Shown piece by piece: positions 1 through 13,597 of a DNA stretch of 64,000 nt (its first letter is position 1; each line of letters opens with the position of its first letter). A model generated the notes under the pieces. That model had not been told where the DNA came from. It saw nothing but the letters and a program-made list of their open reading frames with translations, and did not search any database. The DNA is taken from positions 27,466,001 through 27,530,000 of the forward strand of contig OX597826.1 of the NCBI GenBank assembly GCA_951406725.2, written 5' to 3'. Made by a program: the position numbers and the translations under genes. The DNA is from Octopus vulgaris (lineage: Eukaryota).

Positions 1-101
1 GTGTGATTATTCAATTTTATTTCAAGATAGAGAAAGTGCCAGTTTCTAACGTAGATCCAAGGATCCTTCATTGGAATTTCAACATCAAAAACAGGGTATA
101 T

Positions 102-289
102 TTGTATGTATGTATGAATGTATATATGTATACGTGCTGATTTGTTTGCTTTGTTTTACGTATGTATGTATAGTCATGCATATAGTTGCATATCTAGACA
201 TGCTCATATATACTTAAATGGTGAACTTGCGGAAAGTTTTACAGATTTTTACAGTTGTACGTATGTATATACGTATGTATGTATTAATG

Positions 290-323
<34 letters not shown>

Positions 324-545
324 TGTATGCATGTATGTATGTATGTATGTATGTATGTATGTATGTATGTATGTATGTATGTATGTATGTATGTATGTAT
401 GTATGTATGTATGTATGTATGTATGTATATGTGTGTGTATGTATGTATGTATGTATGTATGTATGTATGTATGTATGTATGTATGTATGTATGTATGTAT
501 GTATGTATGTATGTATGTATGTATGTGTATATGTATGTATGTATA
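102..545. repeat. (TATG)n microsatellite tract
   Basis: Directly visible. Representative of dozens of TA/CA/TATG/GATA tracts in the window. Confidence 0.95.
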
Positions 546-844
546 CAGGCCTGAAATAATCTCAACAAAAAATTCCACATTTACAGGAATGGTGTTAAAA
601 CCATAGTAACTGTGTATTAAGTCTGAAATGAATGCAATCCTTGACGAGCGTTCAAGGATTATAAATGGCTAAACCTGATTCTTATTCGTATATATCAATT
701 ATATAAGTCATTAGCATCAGGAGATCCTGCAACAGGAAACTTAGTGAAGTTTTAGGGCCATTTTGTACGAAGATTCCGTTCGAATACTCTACGCGCAGTA
801 CAAATCTTCAACACACACGTATATAACGTATATATATATACATA

Positions 845-1088
845 CAGTAATCCCGCTACTTTCTCGGGTGTTACGTCCCACCCCTCCAGTGATGGATGAA
901 AATCCGCGAAATAGAAACAGTGCTGTATATATTTTATTTTATTTTTATGATTTGTATTTATTCATTTTATTATAAATTCAAAACAACACCACGGAGGAAT
1001 CGATGTAAGATTAAATAATAAACCGCGATAGGTGAACCGCGATGGGTGAACCGTGATAGGTGAACCGCGATATGGCGTGGGATGACTG
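845..1088. mobile_element. Tc1/mariner-pogo (Tigger-like) MITE, 244 bp
   Basis: TA|cagtaatccc...gggatgactg|TA with imperfect TIRs. Four tandem 14-bp units (gaaccgcgataggt) near the right end. Confidence 0.7.
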
Positions 1089-1214
1089 TATATGTTATGT
1101 TTGTGTGTGTGTGTGTGTGCGTGCGCGCAGGTATGCTACGGAAGTAGTCATACATATATAAATATGTGTGTGTGTGTGTGTGCGTGTATGTGTATGTATA
1201 TATTCTTTTATATT

Positions 1215-1459
1215 TTCATTCTTTTATTTGTTTCAGTCATCTGACTGCGGCCATGCTAGAGCACAACCTTTAGACGAACAAATCGACCCTAGGATTTAGT
1301 CTTCTATGCATAGTACTTATTCTATCGGATTCTTTGGCCGAACTGCTAGATTACGCGAACTTAAACATAGCAACATCGGCTGTCAAACGATGGTGGACGG
1401 ACAAACAGACACATACACACACAAGTATGCCCACACACACACATATGCACAAACTCGTA

Positions 1460-1527
<68 letters not shown>

Positions 1528-1689
1528 GACGGGACTTTTCCATTTTCCGTCTACCGAATCCACACACAAGGCTTTGGTGGGCATGAGGCTATAGCAGAGA
1601 ACACTTGCACAAGGAGCCACACAACGGGACCGAATCCTGAACCCTGTCGTAGGGAAGCAACCTTCTTACCACATAACTACGCTGCACCT
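1215..1689 (-). mobile_element. SINE family A (tRNA-like head, internal microsatellite)
   Basis: Homologous to copies at 4713, 21555, 41375 and 55684. A/B-box-like head, CCTTGGGCAAG-type central motif (degenerate here), tail ...gcatggccgcagtca.atgactgaaac. Confidence 0.85.
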
Positions 1690-1707
1690 ATACATACATA
1701 CAAACAT

Positions 1708-1761
<54 letters not shown>

Positions 1762-2100
1762 GCGTAAGCATGCATGTGTATGTATGTATATATGTATGTA
1801 TGCATGTACATATAAATGCGTTTCATTTTTGGTTAGAGTAATGACAATTTGTAATGAATATCTATGGCAACTGAAGAATCCCCCGTTAAAAATAACATAA
1901 AGCAACAAAATATGTAAATAAACGTCCAGAGAGAGACGAAGAAACGGCAGAAAAACCGAATAATGAAGGAAAGAATCTAATTAAATAAACGAAATCATAT
2001 ACAAAATATTGGCTGTAACATGAATAACGAATAAAACGGAAGAGTCGTGCGCATGTGCGTGAGTGTGACATAGTGTGCGTGTATGTGTATGTATATAAAT

Positions 2101-2173
<73 letters not shown>

Positions 2174-2192
2174 TATATACACATATACATAT

Positions 2193-2245
<53 letters not shown>

Positions 2246-3385
2246 CATATATGTGTGTGAATACATATATATGTGTAAATATATGCATAATTTCATATAA
2301 TGATACATATAAATGCATGCGTTCATATCATACATATAGCTATATGCACAAATATCGACATAGAAGTTTATTTGTATTCATTTTCCATTGACGAATTTAT
2401 CGTATACATTTATGTTTGTGTATATATGTATATATACGTGAGTGAGTGTATGTAATTCAACGCATATATGCATAACAGCATATTTGCACACACAACAGCC
2501 TGATAAACATATATGTGCATATATATATACATATACACTCACAAACACACGCACTCACACTCACACACACACATATATGTATATACGCACGTATTTATAC
2601 ATACATAATTAAGTTTGTCTCTATACATATATACTTATATGTGGATGTATGAGTGTATATAGATATGTATATATATGTTCATGTGGAATATAAATTATAG
2701 ATACATAAATCCGTATATACACATAATTGTATATAAATAATAATAATGATGATAAAAATAATATCTGTGTGTTTGTGTGTGTATATGTAATTATGTATGT
2801 ATGTATATATTATATATGCATTTAGACACACATGTACATATACATATATATGCACACACATATATATACATGTATATATATAATATGCATATAGACGCAC
2901 ACGTTACGGGACATCTCATACGTTCATTCATTCATAAATATTAGGTGGATAAAATAAAGAACTGTTTAATTTGCGGGACAGAGTCCCGAGGATTATTATT
3001 GAACGCGATCGGAAAAAAAATAAACCATTTGGGAAAGCCAATTTAGACGATAGTTCGTTATCGATATCAGATATATAATTGTAGCTGATCGCATGTAATT
3101 ATACGCCCAACTTATTGACGTCAGTTGTACACACAGCAAAATTATTCATAGGTTTCTGCAAGTAAATATTGAAATCTATGCAGCTAAGCGCTGGACTGAT
3201 CGCCGGGACTTCGTGCGCAGGCAGACGGCCATTATTCGGTTGCGCTGGTGGTAGCGGTCGGCGGCGGGTTTATGGGATGTGTGTGTCTATATAATTGCGT
3301 GTGTTCCTTTATGTGTGAGTATTAGTGTGTGTGCGTCTCTGTGTGTATGTATGCGCGCCCATGTGTGTATACTGTATATGCATAC

Positions 3386-3436
<51 letters not shown>

Positions 3437-3586
3437 CATATCGAAATACACAGAAACACAGACACAGACATCCATACACACACGCACACACATAAATGTG
3501 TGTATATGAAAACGGATATATACATATGTAAAATATATATATGCATGTTTATAGATCCACACACATACATGTGGATATACACAGAG

Positions 3587-3625
<39 letters not shown>

Positions 3626-3928
3626 TATATGTGTATACATATACACACACACATATATATTTATTTATTCATCCTTGTATACATATTTTTTCATATATAT
3701 GCATGTATGTATGTATGTATGTAAGTATGTATGTATGTATGTATGTATGTATGTATGTATGTATGTATGAATGTATGTATGTAAGTATGTATGTATGTAT
3801 GTATGAATGTATGTATGCATGTATGTGTATATACATACGGTATTTGATGACATGAAATATGCACTAGCACATTAGATACACTCCGATCCAGGCAGGAATG
3901 TATTCGAGTATGTTACTGCACACGTATA

Positions 3929-4650
3929 ACTGGCACTCATTCGGCTACGACGACGATGATTCCAGTTGATCAGATCAGCGGAACAGCTTGCTCTTGATAT
4001 TGTTCTACTCTGGATACTATGCCCGAAATTTTGGAGGGTGCCAGTCGATTAGATCGATCTCCGTAAAGATGAAAGGTAACGTCGACCCCCGCGGAATTTC
4101 AACTCAGAACATACAGACAGACGAAATAACGCTAAGCCTTTCGCCCGGCGTGCTAACGTTTCTGCTAACTCACCGCCTTAATATTCTTTTCTACTCTAGC
4201 TACAAGGTCCGAAATTTTGGAGGAGGGGGCCAGTCAATTAGATCGACACCAGTACGCAACTGGTACTTGATTTATCGACCCCGAAAGGATGAAAGGCAAA
4301 GTCGACCGCGGCGGAATTTGAACTCAGAACGTAAAGACAAACGAAATACCGCTAAGTATTTCGCCCGGCGTACCAACGTTTTTGCCACCTTAGCCTGCTC
4401 TTGATATTACCGCGCCAATGGCTGAGTACTCCACAGACGTGTAACATTTACGTTGTTCTCAGGGAGATTCAGCGTGACACAGAATGTGACCAGGCTGTCC
4501 TTTTGAGATACAAGTACTACTTCTTTTTTGCAACTGACTGGATTTGCTCATGAAATATAGATACCTTGCAAAATACGCTGCCAGGATTCGCAATCATGAC
4601 CTTACTATCGTGGGCCGAACACCCTATCCATTCAGCCATGCCCTTTCACA
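3929..4650 (-). mobile_element. SINE family C, interrupted by the family B dimer
   Basis: Collinear with 36855-37172 once 4002-4408 is removed. Confidence 0.75.
4002..4391 (-). mobile_element. SINE family B tandem dimer with 17-bp target-site duplication
   Basis: Two units with a gagttcaaattcc B-box-like motif and cctttcatcctttcggggtcgataa core. TSD agc(t/c)tgctcttgatatt at 3985-4001 and 4392-4408. Confidence 0.85.
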
Positions 4651-4712
4651 TGTGCAGATATATGCACACATATATTGCAGTTATATTCTTGCATTCTATT
4701 ATTTTTTGTATT

Positions 4713-4970
4713 TATTTCAGTCATTTGACTGCAGCCATGCTGGAGCACCACCTTTAGTCGAGCAAATCGACCCTAGGACTTATTCTTTGTAAGCCTAGTA
4801 ATTATTCTATCGGTCTCTTTTGCTGAACCGCAAGTGCACAGCGACAGCAACACACCAACCTCACTTGTCAAGCGATAGTGTAGGACAAACACAGCCACGC
4901 AAAAATATACATACATACATACATACATACACCTACACCCACACCCACCCAAAACCCACACACACACACA

Positions 4971-5044
<74 letters not shown>

Positions 5045-5210
5045 TACGACGGGCTTCTTTTAGCTTCCGTTTATCAAATCCACTCACAAGGCTTTGGTTG
5101 GTCTGAGGCTATATTATAAGACATTTGCCCAAGGTGCCATGCAGTGGGACTGAACCCGGAACCATGTGATTGGTAAGCAAGCCAAATACCACACAGCCAC
5201 TCCTGCGCCT
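4713..5210 (-). mobile_element. SINE family A, full length
   Basis: Head aggcgcaggagtggctgtgtggt...gggttcagtcccactgc...caccttgggcaa, with internal (TA)/(CA) tract. Confidence 0.88.
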
Positions 5211-5469
5211 ATATACATTTAATTACCCAGTCATAAATACGCCCACAAACTCACACAAAAACACACACAGATACACACAGCATACATAGAAACACACAGA
5301 TACATTCATACACAAATAAGCATACACACATATATATACATATAATCTCACTAGTCGCACTCTTTTATCTATGTGTAGGTGTGATTGTATGCATGTATGT
5401 GTGTATGTGTATGTGTATGTATGTACATATGTAAGTGTATATATATATATACACACACGCAAACACATA

Positions 5470-6235
5470 TTTGACTGTGGTCATACTGGAGGACCGCTTT
5501 TTAGTCGAAGAAATCGACACCTGGACCTATTCTTTGTAAGCCTGGTACTTATTCTGTAGGTCGCTTCTGGCGAACCGCTACATTACGGGGATGTAAATTC
5601 ACCAACATCGGTTGAGGTGGGGGACAAACACTGACTCAAACGTAAAAATACATATATATATATTATGATGTGTTCAGAATCAGTTCTACCGATGAGCATA
5701 GACGCATTTTTTATGCGGTAAGTGCGAAATCACAGGTGATATAGAACTAAATTCATTATATATATATATATATCTTTTGAAAATAAGCTGTACAAGGTTT
5801 CAGATAAGTGCTTTTATTATGAGAAATGTCTGAAACCTTAAGAAGTATTTAGAGATTCAATTACAGCGATTATATATTAGAGAGTAAAGGCAAGGAAAAA
5901 TTACATTATTAAAATCATAATAGAGATATGTCCATAATATAAATAGTATTGGGTTAATAAATACATATATAAAGTATAATTATGATTCTTAACAAATTTT
6001 AAATATTGTGATTTTTATGAGGTAATTTATGTGTATGTGTGTGTGTGGGGGGGGGGGGTATACAATGAACTTCTTTCGGTTTCCGTCTACCAAATCCACT
6101 CACAAGGCTTTGTTCGACTGGAGATTATAGCAGAAGACATTTGCACAATGTGCCTTAGGTGTTACACGGTGGGACTGAACCCGGAACCACACTGTTGGGA
6201 AGCAAGCTTCGTACCACACAGCCACGCCTGCGCCT
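5470..6235 (-). mobile_element. SINE family A split into a 3' half (5470-5635) and a 5' half (6065-6235) by inserted sequence
   Basis: Both halves are collinear with intact copies. The intervening DNA includes the 5682 hammerhead. Confidence 0.7.
5682..5748 (+). ncRNA. Type-I hammerhead ribozyme-like motif, CCGAUGA core variant
   Basis: Stem I agttcta/tagaact (7 bp). Core CCGATGA at 5689-5695. Stem II gcat...gtgc with an inner cgcat/atgcg helix. GAAA at 5726-5729. Stem III tcac-ag-gtga. UA site at 5740-5741. Confidence 0.75.
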
Positions 6236-6258
6236 ATATATACATACACACACATATA

Positions 6259-6294
<36 letters not shown>

Positions 6295-6372
6295 TATATG
6301 TGTGTGTGTGTGTATGTATGTATGTATAAAATTTAGAGTTTGGGAAAATGTCTTGTACTATTATTATTGCAA

Positions 6373-6431
<59 letters not shown>

Positions 6432-7329
6432 TTGTGTGTGTATAAATATGTATATGTATGTTTAAATATAATACATATGTAAATATATTCGCATATATGT
6501 ACACACAGAGACACACATGCACACACGCATACACATATATATATATACATATACACTTAAAGAGAGAGAGGGAAAGAGAGAGACAAGGAAATGCACATTT
6601 ATGTGCACGTGTGGGTTTTTGTATATGTGTAGTTATATGTACATATACATACACATATCATGCATGAAATCTCTATCTTTCTCTCTCTTTTCTCTCTCTC
6701 TTCCTCTCTCTTTTCCCTCTCTCTCTTTCTCTCTGCTCACGCACACACTCACATACACATGCAAGTGCACACACGCACATATAGTCAGACAAACAGAGAA
6801 ACTTCAATAAATGTAGTTTATTCATGATTATGTAATAAAATTATTCTTCTTACCAGCTACATTCACACACACACACACTCTCTCTCTCTCTCTCTCTGTC
6901 TCCCCCCCTCTCTCTCTCCCTGTCTCTCAATCGAAAGCAAATCGTCTGTCTTTTATGTTTACGGTGCTTTTAATCTCCTTAAGAAAAGCCTGAGAATCTA
7001 TTTATTAGCCACTTCTCAACCGCAACGTGTCGAGATGCAAGAAATAAACATATTTATTCTGTAGTGAAACAGACGAGGAGAAAATATTATGGGATAATTG
7101 AATCAGATGTTGTAAATTTTGTGTCTTTTCCTATTCCCATTAGCAGCCATATGTGAAATGAACTGTCTTATACAAACCTTCATCTTCCCCCCAAAAGCTT
7201 TAATCATTATCTTAGGGATTTAACAATAATTAACAGATAAGCGGCTAGCCTATATAAACGAACCTGCTGCTGTAATATTTGAGAATAATTCTGTCTATCG
7301 TCTTTTGTTATGTCTTTACAACTCTGGAA

Positions 7330-7770
7330 CGGTGAGCTGGTAGATATTGAGCACTCGGACAAAATGCTTAGCGGCATTTCGTATTTCGTCCTTCTTTACG
7401 TTCTCAGTTCAAATTCCGCCCGAGGTCGACTTGGCCCTTCATCCCCTCGGGGGTCGATAAAATAATTACCAGTTGATCGGTACAATCGATTTACACCCTC
7501 CCCGGAAACTGCTGGCCTTGTGCCAAAATTTGATACCAATATGACTTTGCGCCTCTAAAGCAGCGAGTGGGCAGAATCGCTAACTCGCCGGACCAAAGTG
7601 CTTTGCGGTATTTCGTCCGTCCTTACGTTCTGAGTTCTAATTCTGCTCGAGTTCGATCTTTGTCATTTCATCTATTTTCGGAGCCGTTAAAATAAGTATC
7701 AGTGGAGTACAGAAGTCAATGTAATTGACTTACCCATTTCCCACGAGATTGCTGCTCTTCGGCCAAAATT
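7330..7770 (+). mobile_element. SINE family B, two tandem copies
   Basis: Repeated atttcgtcc...tacgttctgagttc.aatt...gtcga core. Confidence 0.8.
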
Positions 7771-8396
7771 CAAAAACGACATAAAATTATTGTCCGTAAC
7801 CAAAGATATCAGTTCATGATCAGCCTCAGTAAATCTTCATTCGTTGTAAAGATCTACAAGAGTTCGTTGAGATCATTTTCCGTATTCCGTTCTTCAGAGA
7901 GTGAGAAAGGCAGAAGTAACTGTACTGTAATGTGGTTGTTAGTGGTGTTAATTTGTCTTTGAGATGCTGGGCAGTGTGAACAAAAGAGTGAATATAAATC
8001 CATTCGATTTTGTCTTTTGTCACCCTTTCGGGGTCGATGAAATAAAGTACCAATCAAGTACTGCGCTCGAGGTATTCGGCGTACCTTTTCCACCAGTGCT
8101 AAGCACGTAATTAGAGCATCAAAGGAAGGGGAGAGCACCACAAAAATGGTAAATGGTTACGCCATAAAAGATATCAATTTAAACTTGCTAAAATAATACT
8201 AGAAGTGGTTTATATGATCGGAAATATAATTTTTTAAATGTTCAGGTTGTTATAGTGAGTATCTGATCAAATATTTTGTGATTTAAAAAAGTAGGAGAAA
8301 ACTTTTCAAATATAAACTGGAAGTATACAAAAATAAGCATTATTTTCCATCTTAATGTTAATTTCGGCTCATTTTGAGAAATGAAAATATATATAA

Positions 8397-8786
8397 TTAG
8401 CAGTATCGCCCGGCGTTGCTCGGGTTTGTTTCAGCCCTTTAGAATTGGAATTTTTGAAAAGTAAAAATTTTGCATTATGTAGCTTGTTATTCTCTTTAAG
8501 TGAACATTTTTCTGGTTGAAATACACCGAAAAATGGTGACACAGCAGTCAAGAAGTTGTAAAAAAATAGGGATTTTCATAGAAAGAAAGCACCTTTTTAA
8601 TGTAAATTACTTTTGGTGTTAACATGGTCCGATTTGAATTTTTTCTGCTACGGAAGGAAGAGTAATTCTTCTATCATACTCTCAATGTTGGTCAAGTTGC
8701 GCCTCAGGGTCTCGGAGGAGATAGTGTTAGTTGAAGGCTACCAAACCTGCCATACACAGACAACTTCAACTTTATATAGGGAGAGA
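8397..8786 (-). mobile_element. Non-autonomous Helitron (390 bp)
   Basis: Minus strand reads A|TCtctccctatataaag...cccgagcaacgccggg (hairpin)-cgatactg-CTAA|T, i.e. 5' TC, 3' hairpin plus CTRR, and an AT target. Confidence 0.75.
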
Positions 8787-8920
8787 TTGTTTATTGTTGT
8801 TTATATTTTGAATTACATAAATCTTTTAAGTGCTTAGGGACTTTACCTGACTAAATTCGGTCCTGCATTCCACGTAAAAATTTAAGCATGGTGCATCTAT
8901 TAAAAACAATTTTAGTAACA

Positions 8921-9277
8921 AACAAGAGAACTCGGAGAGCGCAAACCTCCGCCAAGGCAGCACCACCCTCCTCTCAACTATTAGCCAGAGATGATTTTTA
9001 AAATGAGAATATCTGAGATAAACTCGACTGCTCTCACAAATGAGAATACTAAAAGTAAACCCGACCGCTCTCAAAGATTAGGTAAAAGATCATGAAAAAT
9101 AATCCAGAATCCTTGTCCGCTACCGAATCGATCCCAAAATCTAATCAGTTTGTGACAGTCAGGAGGTCAAACATCCTTGAAAGTTTCATTCGAATCCATC
9201 CAGTGGTTCTTGAGATATCTTGCACTCGGACAAACAACAAACACGACTGAAAAAAATACCCCTGCATCGCTAAGTAT
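8921..9277 (-). mobile_element. Possible Helentron-associated (HINE/DINE-like) non-autonomous element
   Basis: Minus-strand end ccttggcggaggtttgcgctctccgagttctcttgtt resembles the subterminal repeat plus 3' hairpin of this class. The other end is degraded. Confidence 0.45.
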
Positions 9278-9654
9278 AAGAACCGATATTATTTTTTAGT
9301 TGCAACTTTATATGCGAAGTTTCTAGCAATTCGATAGATCAGAATAACGACAGGGTTCAATTTAAGGATTAAGCCCTTGATATCGCTGCTCCAGCGTGGC
9401 CGAAATCTAATGACTGAAGTCAAGAAGACAATAAATTCGTCTTTTTTTTTCATCTTACGGGCTATCTGTCTTTCTATCTTCTCACATTTCATTCTTTATC
9501 GCATTCGAATTGTAATTTGTTTTCTTTCTTCTCATTTATTATTTCGTTCCGCAATTAACCACGATAAGCAATTAAAATATTATTGATTGCTGTTGTTATT
9601 TTGCTTCTCATATTCTTCGTTTTTAATTTTTTAAAGTTTTTGGTATTCCCCTCC

Positions 9655-9944
9655 TTTTCTTCTTCTTCTTCTTCTTCTTCTTCTTCTTCTTCTTCTTCTT
9701 CTTCTTCTTCTTCTTCTTCTCATTCTTCTTCTTCTTGTTTTCTTCATCTTCTTCTTCTTGTTTTTTTTCTTCTTCTTCTTCTTCTTCTTCTTCTGCTTCT
9801 TCTTCTTCTTCTTCTTCTTCCTGTTCTAGTCTTTTTCCTTATTTAATTCCTTCTTATTTTCCTTCTTTTATTTCTATTCTTTGTCTTCAAAATTCTCTTT
9901 TCCATTGTGTGCCCCTTTGGCAAATAATAATATTAATAATACTC

Positions 9945-10029
<85 letters not shown>

Positions 10030-10102
10030 TAATAATAATAATTATAATAATAATAATAATGATAATATTAATAATAATAATAAGAACAACAACAAACATC
10101 AC

Positions 10103-10136
<34 letters not shown>

Positions 10137-10236
10137 GTTATCATCACCTGCATCCACTTCCTTCTCCTCCGCCTCATCATCATCATCATCATCATCATTA
10201 TCATTATTATTATCAGTATCATTATCATTATTATTG

Positions 10237-10300
<64 letters not shown>

Positions 10301-10449
10301 CATTATTATTATTATTATTATTATTAATAACGTTTTTCATTCCCTTCTCTACTTCTCAAAGTACCCCCACCACATTCTCCTTGTCCTACGTATCATTCTG
10401 CTGTCCCACAGTGAGTAACTTTCCGTTGTTTTCCAATTCCCTACATACA

Positions 10450-10485
<36 letters not shown>
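9655..10485. repeat. Compound trinucleotide microsatellites (TCT)n,(AAT)n,(CAT)n,(ATT)n,(ACT)n
   Basis: Directly visible. Confidence 0.95.
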
Positions 10486-10486
<1 letters not shown>

Positions 10487-10919
10487 TCTTTTCGTCTTAT
10501 GAAGTTTTTCTCTTTATTTTAACTATTTTATTTTTCATTATTTTTCCTAATATTTTCTAAGCTTTGTTTTCTACAATAGTTATCGTTTTTGGCTGGTGTT
10601 TTTGTCGTTGTTTTTCTCGCTTCTTAATTTCTTACCAGAAGTTTAAGTGTCTGTGTGTGTAGATATATGATCTTTAAGATTTTAGTATATGTGCATGTTT
10701 ATGTATAGGTATATGTATTTTGTGTGTTTCCAACCAAAATAAATATATCTCAAAAGAGGAAAATAGAGTATTTCTGTAATGGTGGTCGCATTAAATCTAT
10801 CGTCCCATGTTCGTGCCAGACTCAGAATACTGGCAAAGAGTAGTCTCACCATTATACTATCATTTGTGTAGGGATTTATACAGGCACGCACAAGCACGCA
10901 CACACACACACACACACAC

Positions 10920-11002
<83 letters not shown>

Positions 11003-11160
11003 GATACATGCATACATACATATGCAACTATATATGTATGTCTATATATACATATATATATATATATATACATACATAGCTATATATTTACGATGTATAT
11101 ATATATATATATATATATACATATATATATACAAATATATATATATATACATATATAAAT

Positions 11161-11195
<35 letters not shown>

Positions 11196-11231
11196 CACAA
11201 ACATACGTATATGATGTATACAAAGTTATAT

Positions 11232-11292
<61 letters not shown>

Positions 11293-11522
11293 TATTATCA
11301 TTACTACTACTATTATTATTATTGTTGTTGTTGTTATTGTTGCTATTGTTATTTCGTTATAAATATTTGTTGGTGTCGTTGTTGCTTCGTTCTAGATGCC
11401 AGTTCCGACGACGTTGTGCATTATTATAATAAAGTGTGTCGTTTTATAGTTTATGTATTTCTTTATTATTTTATTCATATATTTATTCATTCATTTATTT
11501 ATATATTGATGTATTCTCATAT

Positions 11523-11557
<35 letters not shown>

Positions 11558-11919
11558 TTTCTTAATTTGTTTCTCCCTACACACAATGCAATAACCGTCT
11601 TAGCAATATTATTTTCGTCTAATAACAAAAGATTGTTCATTAAAAGTAATTGCTCTGTCAGAAATTATAAATGATAGTCAAGTTGAAAAATTGCTTTAAA
11701 ATATCTCGTCTCTAGACCCGAAAAATCTTCAACCAACCCCCTTGCCGCTGCCATCATCATCAATGCACCAATCACGAATCATCCCGTTTCGAGATCAGCC
11801 TCCACCTATCACTACACCATCCGCGAGACCATATTTTCCCGGCCTATTGTATTTTCATGAAACATGTCTCACAACGCTACCATACGCTCTAACGCTTTCG
11901 CTATCACAGTTATCACAGC

Positions 11920-12460
11920 TGCAACTACCACCACCACCACCACCACCATCACAAATAACAATATCCTCGCCACCAAATAGGACCACTGCTACTACAACCA
12001 TTACTATCTCAACTGCCATGATTGCCAATTCCACCACCACGACCAACACGACTACTACCATCGCTATTTCCCCTACTACTCTACTATCACCGCCATCGCT
12101 ACCACAGCTAGCACAATAATCACTACTACCACCAACACCACCATTACTACTAACACTTCCACGACTACCAATACCACTACTACCTTTACTACGACCATTC
12201 TTACCACAAATACCACCATTACTACTACCACTTCCAACACGACAATTGCCACCAGCACCACCAACACCACCTCCACCATCGTAACTACCACCACGACCAC
12301 TAAGAGACAGATTATCCTCGTCAGTTCTGTCACCATCGCCACAACTGCCGCCACCACCATCACCATTACTGTCAACTCCACCACCGCCACCGCCTCCGCC
12401 GCCACTGCTTCCGCCGCTTCAGCAACAGCGTCCCCCATTACCCTCACCAACAACAACGTC
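11920..12460. repeat. Degenerate (ACC/ACT)n low-complexity tract
   Basis: Triplet-periodic cryptic repeat. Confidence 0.85.
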
Positions 12461-12770
12461 ATATATATTTCAATCCCACCCGATCACCTAATCCGCCACA
12501 CCCGTGGTCCAGTAGCATCACGATCCATTCTGCTCTGTTGCTTCTCTACACCTACAATACCACCACCACCGCATCACTACACACACACACACACGCACAC
12601 ACACACACACGAGACGGCCACCTTTATTACGTAGAAGCGCATACCGTGCATCGGTTCATCTTCTGGTGTACGCAATGATTTATAGGTGATAATGTTTATG
12701 CAATGATATACATATGACGTTTCTTTCTGTATATAAAGAATGGGTACCCGTATATATGTATGTGTATATG

Positions 12771-12803
<33 letters not shown>

Positions 12804-12844
12804 GGGGGGGGGGTATGTGTGTATGTGTGTGTGTATGTATGTGT

Positions 12845-12909
<65 letters not shown>

Positions 12910-13069
12910 TGTATATATATATAGGTCAAAATCAAAGGACATACTAGATATGTCTACCTACTGGAAATAACAGCTAAACTCTTATTTAAATCAGCGAAAA
13001 AACTGGCGATGTCTACAGAAATCAACTGTCTTCTGGCAAACGAGCTAGGGTAATCTCTATATGTGTGCA

Positions 13070-13100
<31 letters not shown>

Positions 13101-13169
13101 ATATATATATATATACACGTATATATATATTCACACATATATAAATACACATATATACATACATGTATG

Positions 13170-13225
<56 letters not shown>

Positions 13226-13597
13226 CATATATATATATATGCACGCTTCGTGCAAAAGTAAATCCTGGAGGGTCAGTTTATAATTGTGTTCAACATATTC
13301 CCCCGCCACCCTCTCAGAGTCACACACTTATTGCAGCGGTCCTAGCTGTTTTTCTAAGCCCTGCGAAAGAACTCGAAAGATCGGGCCTCAAGCCAGGTCT
13401 TTTGCGATGCCCTTCAAGCCAGCAACATTTTTGTAACCCTCTCATATATTTGTGTGTGTGTGTGCGGGGACGTATGTATGTATGGATGCATGTGCGGGGA
13501 TATATGTACGTATGTATGTATGTATGTATGTATGTATGTGTGAGGCTGGGTGTGAGGGTGTATATGTGTGTGTGGGTCTCTGTCAATGTATACATAC

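Noticed and set aside
30-100. Minus-strand ccaatgaagg...gaaac motif and miR-10/100-like cgtagatcc
   Set aside because: Core and stems do not fit a hammerhead, and the match is too short with no precursor hairpin for a miRNA.
118-606. ORFs of MYVC/YIYI/HTHT/LSIY type here and throughout the window
   Set aside because: Translations of stop-free microsatellites with no domain content.
1021-1071. Short regularly spaced repeats (CRISPR-like at a glance)
   Set aside because: Contiguous 14-bp tandem units without spacers inside a MITE, in a eukaryotic context.
7865-7905. Minus-strand CTGAAGA...GAAA hammerhead-like core
   Set aside because: No stem I and only a 2-bp stem II.
9735-10418. 227-aa poly-S/poly-I ORF and overlapping poly-N/H/Y ORFs
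   Set aside because: Trinucleotide repeats are open in several frames on both strands.
11742-12462. Thr/Pro-rich mucin-like ORFs
   Set aside because: Cryptic (ACC)n repeat. Cannot be distinguished from non-coding simple sequence.
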